In this document: piece by piece, positions 59,235-64,000 of the stretch
Numbering within the stretch: the stretch's first letter is position 1
Layout: each line of letters begins with the position of its first letter
The notes under the pieces: generated by a model
What the model saw: the letters and a program-made list of their open reading frames with translations, nothing else
The model's database searches: none
Told to the model about the DNA's origin: nothing
Origin: a bacterium
GTDB lineage: Bacteria; Patescibacteriota; Patescibacteriia; JACQRZ01
DNA: 64,000 bases
Direction: 5' to 3'
NCBI GenBank assembly: GCA_023246095.1
Contig: JAHFJA010000002.1
Span: 39,489-103,488 of the forward strand
Program-made: the position numbers and the translations under genes

Positions 59235-59672
59235 CTAGTGAGCAGCGGTTATTGGCCCTACTAGTCGAGATAAGACGAAAGCAGTGATCGCGTAAGCAGA
59301 CAGCACAATGATAAGACCCAGTACCGCATGAAATATAAGACCGCGTGCTTTTCCTACCTTTGTCGTATCCCCTTCCGCCACCATCCATAGGATACCGCCA
59401 TACACGACAAGGATCAGAAATACCAAACCAAGAACAGATAAAATGATCTGGATGGAAACACCGATTATTGCGGGAAGTGTTTGTTCATCAAGATTATTAA
59501 AGCCAAAAAAACCTTTGAACCCTTCCGCGCTTTTATTCAAACTATCTAGCGGTGGGGTTGAAAGAGGAACAGCAAATACAGGGATTGGAATCCCTGGCGC
59601 AAAAACAAGAACGCCTGCTATCAGAGTTGATAGCAGGGCGCCGATGCCGACTTTGAAGAAAGTCTTGTTCAT
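59235..59672 (-). CDS. VirB2/TrbC-like CPR pilin
   Basis: YGGILWMVAEGDTTKVGKAR...AVLGLIIVLSAY. Confidence 0.9.
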   Translation of the reverse strand: MNKTFFKVGIGALLSTLIAGVLVFAPGIPIPVFAVPLSTPPLDSLNKSAEGFKGFFGFNNLDEQTLPAIIGVSIQIILSVLGLVFLILVVYGGILWMVAEGDTTKVGKARGLIFHAVLGLIIVLSAYAITAFVLSRLVGPITAAH

Positions 59673-59696
59673 GGGAGTAAAATCTATGTGCGCAGC

Positions 59697-60113
59697 TTAT
59701 TTAATGATAGTCGCAGGAACACTAAACGCGTATTGTGCAATGCCCCATGCAGAGAGAATAATAACAAGCCCAATAACTCCCTGTATCAACATTTTTTGTG
59801 CGGATTCAACTTGTTCATCTTTACCTCCTGCGGTCATCCATTTGAAACCTGCAATCAAAATGATAATCACGGCGATAATACCGAGAAACCCAAGAACAAA
59901 ATTAATAACCGATACCACTGTCTCGTAGGGGGCAATAGCTGTCGAATCATGACCTGGCAATGGTGCATTTTTTGAATCGTTTAATCCATATCCAGTCGTT
60001 GGGACAACCGGCGCCGCCGCATTCACCATCGACACAGGCAAAAGTCCAAAACCTACCGTCAATACACTCGCGACAAGGAACGTTCGTACTACGTTTTTGA
60101 GAGTTGTTTTCAT
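59697..60113 (-). CDS. VirB2/TrbC-like CPR pilin
   Basis: AGFKWMTAGGKDEQVESAQ...GVIGLVIILSAW. Confidence 0.9.
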   Translation of the reverse strand: MKTTLKNVVRTFLVASVLTVGFGLLPVSMVNAAAPVVPTTGYGLNDSKNAPLPGHDSTAIAPYETVVSVINFVLGFLGIIAVIIILIAGFKWMTAGGKDEQVESAQKMLIQGVIGLVIILSAWGIAQYAFSVPATIIK

Positions 60114-60214
60114 ACAACGTACAAGGAAATTAAAAATAAATTCTTATTAAGTACTTATAGTATAGCAGACTGTTTTAAGAGCGGAAGTGAATTACTTTTT
60201 ACTACTTCATCTAA

Positions 60215-60991
60215 TCATAGTGGTGCCTGCGTAATGAACTCACGAAATAGTTCAACTTTCCGAACATCACTCGCATCGAACAAAAAAGGTTGTATGTCTC
60301 GTCCTAGTTCTTTAAAATCCAGTCCAGCCGTTGATTCCAACATTCTCGCGCGGAGCCCTTCCGGATCCCCTACCCCAATCTTTGCCTGAAGATACTCATA
60401 GTTCGGTTTGGTAAACGAGGAAAGGAAGACAATGTCATAAAAATCACGACCTTTCGCGCGCTTGCGATTTATCGCCGCAAACATCTTCTGAGAAAGTAAT
60501 ATGTCAGGAGGGGTAACGAAAATCTCCGAAAATACGTCAAACTTGTTAAGAATTTTCTTGTCTGGTTGATAAGAGACGCCATGAGCCAGACTGTCAACTT
60601 GTATGAGAATCTTTTCTTCCTGATATGGTGACAGTTCATTCACAAATAGTATATCAGGCAACCGCACTCGACACCGATAGGCGTCTTTACCAACAGTATC
60701 GATTTCAACGCGCAAACCTTGCCGCTCCAGTTCAACTTGGATGATGTGCGCAAGCTCTTCAAACTCGCCGTCTTCCAGATTGAAATTATCAAAGTCTAAA
60801 TCTTCCGAAAATCGGGTATTCCCATATATAATTCGTAACGCAGTACCACCCAAGAACGCCAGTTTAGCGGCATGCGGGGAAGCAAAAATAATTTCAAGGA
60901 TCTTATACTGAAGGTACTCTCGAAGAATACCCCGTTTGAATGGACGTAACGACTCCGGATATTGTTGTTCGATTTGCTGCAAGGTCAACAT
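60215..60991 (-). CDS. abiEii: AbiEii-family nucleotidyltransferase toxin (second copy)
   Basis: REYLQ, FLGGTAL, RFSEDLDF, KGRDFYD. Confidence 0.93.
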   Translation of the reverse strand: MLTLQQIEQQYPESLRPFKRGILREYLQYKILEIIFASPHAAKLAFLGGTALRIIYGNTRFSEDLDFDNFNLEDGEFEELAHIIQVELERQGLRVEIDTVGKDAYRCRVRLPDILFVNELSPYQEEKILIQVDSLAHGVSYQPDKKILNKFDVFSEIFVTPPDILLSQKMFAAINRKRAKGRDFYDIVFLSSFTKPNYEYLQAKIGVGDPEGLRARMLESTAGLDFKELGRDIQPFLFDASDVRKVELFREFITQAPL

Positions 60992-60992
60992 A

Positions 60993-61613
60993 TCATTTTG
61001 ATTGTTTAATCAACGAGATAAGATCTTCTGTTCTCCTTAGAAACCCCCTACTTGTATACACCATGGCATATTTCCGAAATTTTTTTATGTCGGCTTTTTC
61101 TAAAAACTCTTCACTATTGAACCTCCATTCGTAAAAATCTTCAGGCTTAATAATATTTGGGTGGAGATATACATAATCGAGCACTGCTTTTTCAATCTCC
61201 GCAATTTTGTACGTATATCCATTCTTTGTTTCCAGTCGATACCCAAAAAAATACTCCGCTTTAATTTGTTGGTATGAAAATTCCGTAACCGGTGACTTAA
61301 AACTGGCCGTCTTCTTACTGGACGCCGAGGTAATCGAATATACCCCCTCCGGAATCAAACCATAATACGACAACGCCATTTCAAAAGATACGTACGATGG
61401 CGGGTATAACCGATTTGCAATCAAAAACAATACCTCTTCGCTCAAAGGAAGATCGGCAAACATGTAATAACCACGACGCAGCTTCTTGATATATCCCTTA
61501 TTTTGCCACTCATTAAGCTGATGACGATAAAAAGTTGGATCGATCTTGCGAATATCCACCAAGGAAAAAACAGCAAAGTCTTTCAACTCTCCTTGTAATT
61601 GTTGGTACTTCAT
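60993..61613 (-). CDS. abiEi: AbiEi-family antitoxin/regulator (second copy)
   Basis: KLRRGYY, SYVSFEMALSYYGLIPE, EKAVLD; likely start MKYQQ. Confidence 0.9.
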   Translation of the reverse strand: MKYQQLQGELKDFAVFSLVDIRKIDPTFYRHQLNEWQNKGYIKKLRRGYYMFADLPLSEEVLFLIANRLYPPSYVSFEMALSYYGLIPEGVYSITSASSKKTASFKSPVTEFSYQQIKAEYFFGYRLETKNGYTYKIAEIEKAVLDYVYLHPNIIKPEDFYEWRFNSEEFLEKADIKKFRKYAMVYTSRGFLRRTEDLISLIKQSK

Positions 61614-61617
61614 AGAT

Positions 61618-61679
61618 TTCCGAAACGTACTATATTTAGTACTCTTTGGAATTATAACAACAGAGAAAGAATCGCGCAA
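61618..61679 (-). promoter_or_regulatory. promoter plus operator palindrome of abiE-2
   Basis: TTGCGC-17-TATAAT (61679-61651); imperfect IR ttccgaaacgtacta-tatt-tagtactctttggaa. Confidence 0.7.
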
Positions 61680-61711
61680 ACGATATCATGTCTACACATC
61701 GGTGTGTTACT

Positions 61712-62068
61712 TTATTTCCCCAACAAAGCAGTGAGGAGGAATCTGACGATTGCGGCGCTGGCGAAGATGACCGCCATACCGATTGCGGCCCATATCATGG
61801 TATCCATGCCTTTTGTTACTTTTCCTTTATCCCCTGCCGAGGTCATCCAGAGAATACCGCCATAAACAAAGACCACCAGTGCGATTGAGCCGGACAGGCC
61901 GAGAAATGCATTGATAACCAAGCCAATAAATTCCGCGGGGCTATTCACTGCGAGAGGGTTTTCAAGAGTCACGTTACCAGCAGCGGCGTATGCGAAGTGA
62001 GTGGTAAGGAGGGTGATGCCGGCTATCGCTGTTGATAGGGTGACGGTACTATTTTTGGGGAGGGGCAT
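61712..62068 (-). CDS. VirB2/TrbC-like CPR pilin
   Basis: LENPL; YGGILWMTSAGDKGKVTKG...AAIGMAVIF. Confidence 0.9.
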   Translation of the reverse strand: MPLPKNSTVTLSTAIAGITLLTTHFAYAAAGNVTLENPLAVNSPAEFIGLVINAFLGLSGSIALVVFVYGGILWMTSAGDKGKVTKGMDTMIWAAIGMAVIFASAAIVRFLLTALLGK

Positions 62069-62086
62069 ATTTCTTGCTAATTCGAT

Positions 62087-63418
62087 TTAATAGATTATTG
62101 CGTTGGGACAGTCTACTTTCCATCTTTCATCCATGCCAATAAATTCTGTGGTTCCACAGGATGTCGCATTAGGACAGTAGAACTTATTATGAATTGTTAC
62201 GTCCAAAAACGCCTTATTTTGACAGTCAGTAGATGAGATAGACTCGCTGGTATGAAATGCAGTCCCTGATCCATTGGTATTATACGATACACAGCATACC
62301 CCATTTGAAATAACTACAGGAGCGCCACATTTCCCTGCGGTACACTGTCCTGTCTTACATTGTGCAGGGTCTGTACATGCTTCATTATCGTTCTTTTTTA
62401 ACTCACAAGTACCATTCGCAGGGTCGTTTGGGTTAGTACAGTACTGAGTCCCCGCACATTGCGCTTGCATTGGTGGAACCTCACATTTTTGACCCGTTAA
62501 TTTTATCGGCAACACACAGCAACACTTGTTTCCTGTAATAAGATATGACGATACAAACACTCGATTCTTGTTTGTCTGATTACTCGCGACCGCGTCACAA
62601 ACAGCGCTTCCAAAACCACAATCACTGTTAGCTATAAAATGATCCGTACTAGTACAAGACTCATCTTTACAATGATAGCAATACGGTGCTGCGCCCACCC
62701 CTGTACTAAACTCAAATTTTCCCGCACCACACATTTGCAATGCTTTGGCCGAGGCCTCGGCGTACGTTACATAACAGCCACCCTGACTTTGCGCTTGAGT
62801 TTGAGCTAGTTGTATCTCCGGCACCACCCCAATCGTTCCAAAGTGTATCGGCGTACAAATATCTGCTTGATATGACCATTTGCTAGTACCATTAAAAATT
62901 CCTCCCAGACGACCTGCAAGTGTCTTGTCGCCCGTTTCTTTTTTAATCAAACTAGTCATAACAAAGTTTACCGCCATCCAGCTGGTAAACACAATCACGA
63001 GCCCAATCGCGGCGTTGACCATCGTCTCTGTCCCTTTTGTCACTTTCCCTTTATCCCCCGCCGAAGTTAAATACTGAAAGCCCCCCAACACCACCATCAA
63101 AAGCGCGACACTGCCGCTTATGCCCAGAATAAACGTTGCGATATTGATAGCAAGCTGAATAAACGCATCCAAGGTATAATTACAACACAACATATCGCAC
63201 ATCGGGATGATCTTGCTTATAAGCTCACCTGATTGCGGTGCACACATTGCCGGTCCCCCTGCACATCCCCCAGGAACAAACGACGCTGTTGATTTACCCG
63301 CCAATGTCGAATCTGCCCACACCAGCGTAGCAGTAGCGCCGATGCTGGCGATAACCATAACGCCAAAAAGAAATGACAGTATGGCGAGGCGGTATTTTTT
63401 TGGATGACGAAGTTTCAT
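62087..63418 (-). CDS. VirB2/TrbC-like pilin with Cys-rich C-terminal extension
   Basis: GGFQYLTSAGDKGKVTKG...AAIGLVIVFTSW followed by about 25 Cys. Confidence 0.88.
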   Translation of the reverse strand: MKLRHPKKYRLAILSFLFGVMVIASIGATATLVWADSTLAGKSTASFVPGGCAGGPAMCAPQSGELISKIIPMCDMLCCNYTLDAFIQLAINIATFILGISGSVALLMVVLGGFQYLTSAGDKGKVTKGTETMVNAAIGLVIVFTSWMAVNFVMTSLIKKETGDKTLAGRLGGIFNGTSKWSYQADICTPIHFGTIGVVPEIQLAQTQAQSQGGCYVTYAEASAKALQMCGAGKFEFSTGVGAAPYCYHCKDESCTSTDHFIANSDCGFGSAVCDAVASNQTNKNRVFVSSYLITGNKCCCVLPIKLTGQKCEVPPMQAQCAGTQYCTNPNDPANGTCELKKNDNEACTDPAQCKTGQCTAGKCGAPVVISNGVCCVSYNTNGSGTAFHTSESISSTDCQNKAFLDVTIHNKFYCPNATSCGTTEFIGMDERWKVDCPNAIIY

Positions 63419-64000
63419 TGCGAGTAGCTTTGAGAGATAGTCTGCTGGGCTCTATAGATGAGACCTGACATAACACTACGCTCGTCTGAGATATCTCCCC
63501 CTTTACTAGTCAACGCCGTGTCGATCATATCCAAAAACGCTTTTTCTGCTGACGACGCATCGAGGCCATGATACCAGTTATCCGCGATGAGAAGTTGCGA
63601 TGCAAACGGCCGTGTCACGTCATTTTTTAACTGTTCATCAATCATCGCGCGGAGCGCAGTCGGTGCTTGAGTTTTTTCCAAATAGGATTTTACATTCTCC
63701 TGTGCTGTGGCAAACATGATAAAATCCCATGCCATGTCTTGATATTTTGATTTATTGGATACTCCCTCTGCCCAGTAATTGGCGTATGTTTTCTTAAGTT
63801 CTGGTTGTTTTTGCGGTAACGGAGCGACTTCAAACTGCAAACCCGGTGCTTTGGTCTTGATTTGGGCTATGTGATACGAATACCCGAACATCATCGCAGC
63901 ACGTTCTTGGGAAAAACTCTCTACACTGTTTGGTTGGTCTTGATTCCATGTATACACATCTGCTTTGGTTACCCACGCAAAATCAGTATAGAAACGCAGT
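63415..64000 (-). CDS. extracellular solute-binding protein (family 1), 5'-truncated by window edge
   Basis: frame open to the edge (LRFYTDF...YTWN); AMMFGYSY, VAPLPQ, NYWAEGVS, AWDFI. Confidence 0.85.
   Translation of the reverse strand, partial: LRFYTDFAWVTKADVYTWNQDQPNSVESFSQERAAMMFGYSYHIAQIKTKAPGLQFEVAPLPQKQPELKKTYANYWAEGVSNKSKYQDMAWDFIMFATAQENVKSYLEKTQAPTALRAMIDEQLKNDVTRPFASQLLIADNWYHGLDASSAEKAFLDMIDTALTSKGGDISDERSVMSGLIYRAQQTISQSYSQ

Noticed and set aside
58813-59388. 191-aa ORF-track version of the pilin
   Set aside because: The N-terminal extension overlaps the upstream pilin out of frame; the real start is MKKIFF at 59232
61809-63064. A-to-G-only differences between pilin loop copies suggesting DGR mutagenesis
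   Set aside because: Only three synonymous transitions; flanks differ at non-A positions

Overview
Chromosomal window from a Patescibacteria/CPR bacterium, probably Parcubacteria/ABY1-like. This is inferred from the DUF5663-like gene, the VirB2/TrbC-like pilin array next to a solute-binding protein, the RMQQRKP-loop EF-P, the long-tailed S6 and the mostly SD-less starts. The genetic code is standard. Housekeeping genes: infB-rbfA-clpP, rny-ymdB-hup, pilT, rpsF-ssb-rpsR-efp, recA, ftsK, rpoBC, murE, a FemAB-family gene, ruvA, ileS and two tRNAs (Lys-CTT, Arg-TCG). Accessory highlights: (1) two large, divergent, full-length paralogous proteins of unknown function flanking a gene with an HPD-less J-like domain (0.4-8.6 kb); (2) two peptidoglycan lytic enzymes with pilin-type N-termini flanking pilT (16.6-21.5 kb); (3) candidate structured RNAs: a switch-like rny leader, a promoter-driven ~105-nt hairpin RNA with an exposed anti-SD loop after rpoC, and a long rpoB leader; (4) a surface-structure island (50.5-64 kb) with seven tandem pilins, a fibre-like repeat protein, three toxin-antitoxin pairs (MNT-HepT and two AbiE with operator palindromes), an unlisted small CxxC protein and repeated palindromes. 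No CRISPR array, transposase, integrase, reverse transcriptase or rRNA was seen. All protein-family calls come from motif recognition by eye, not database searches.
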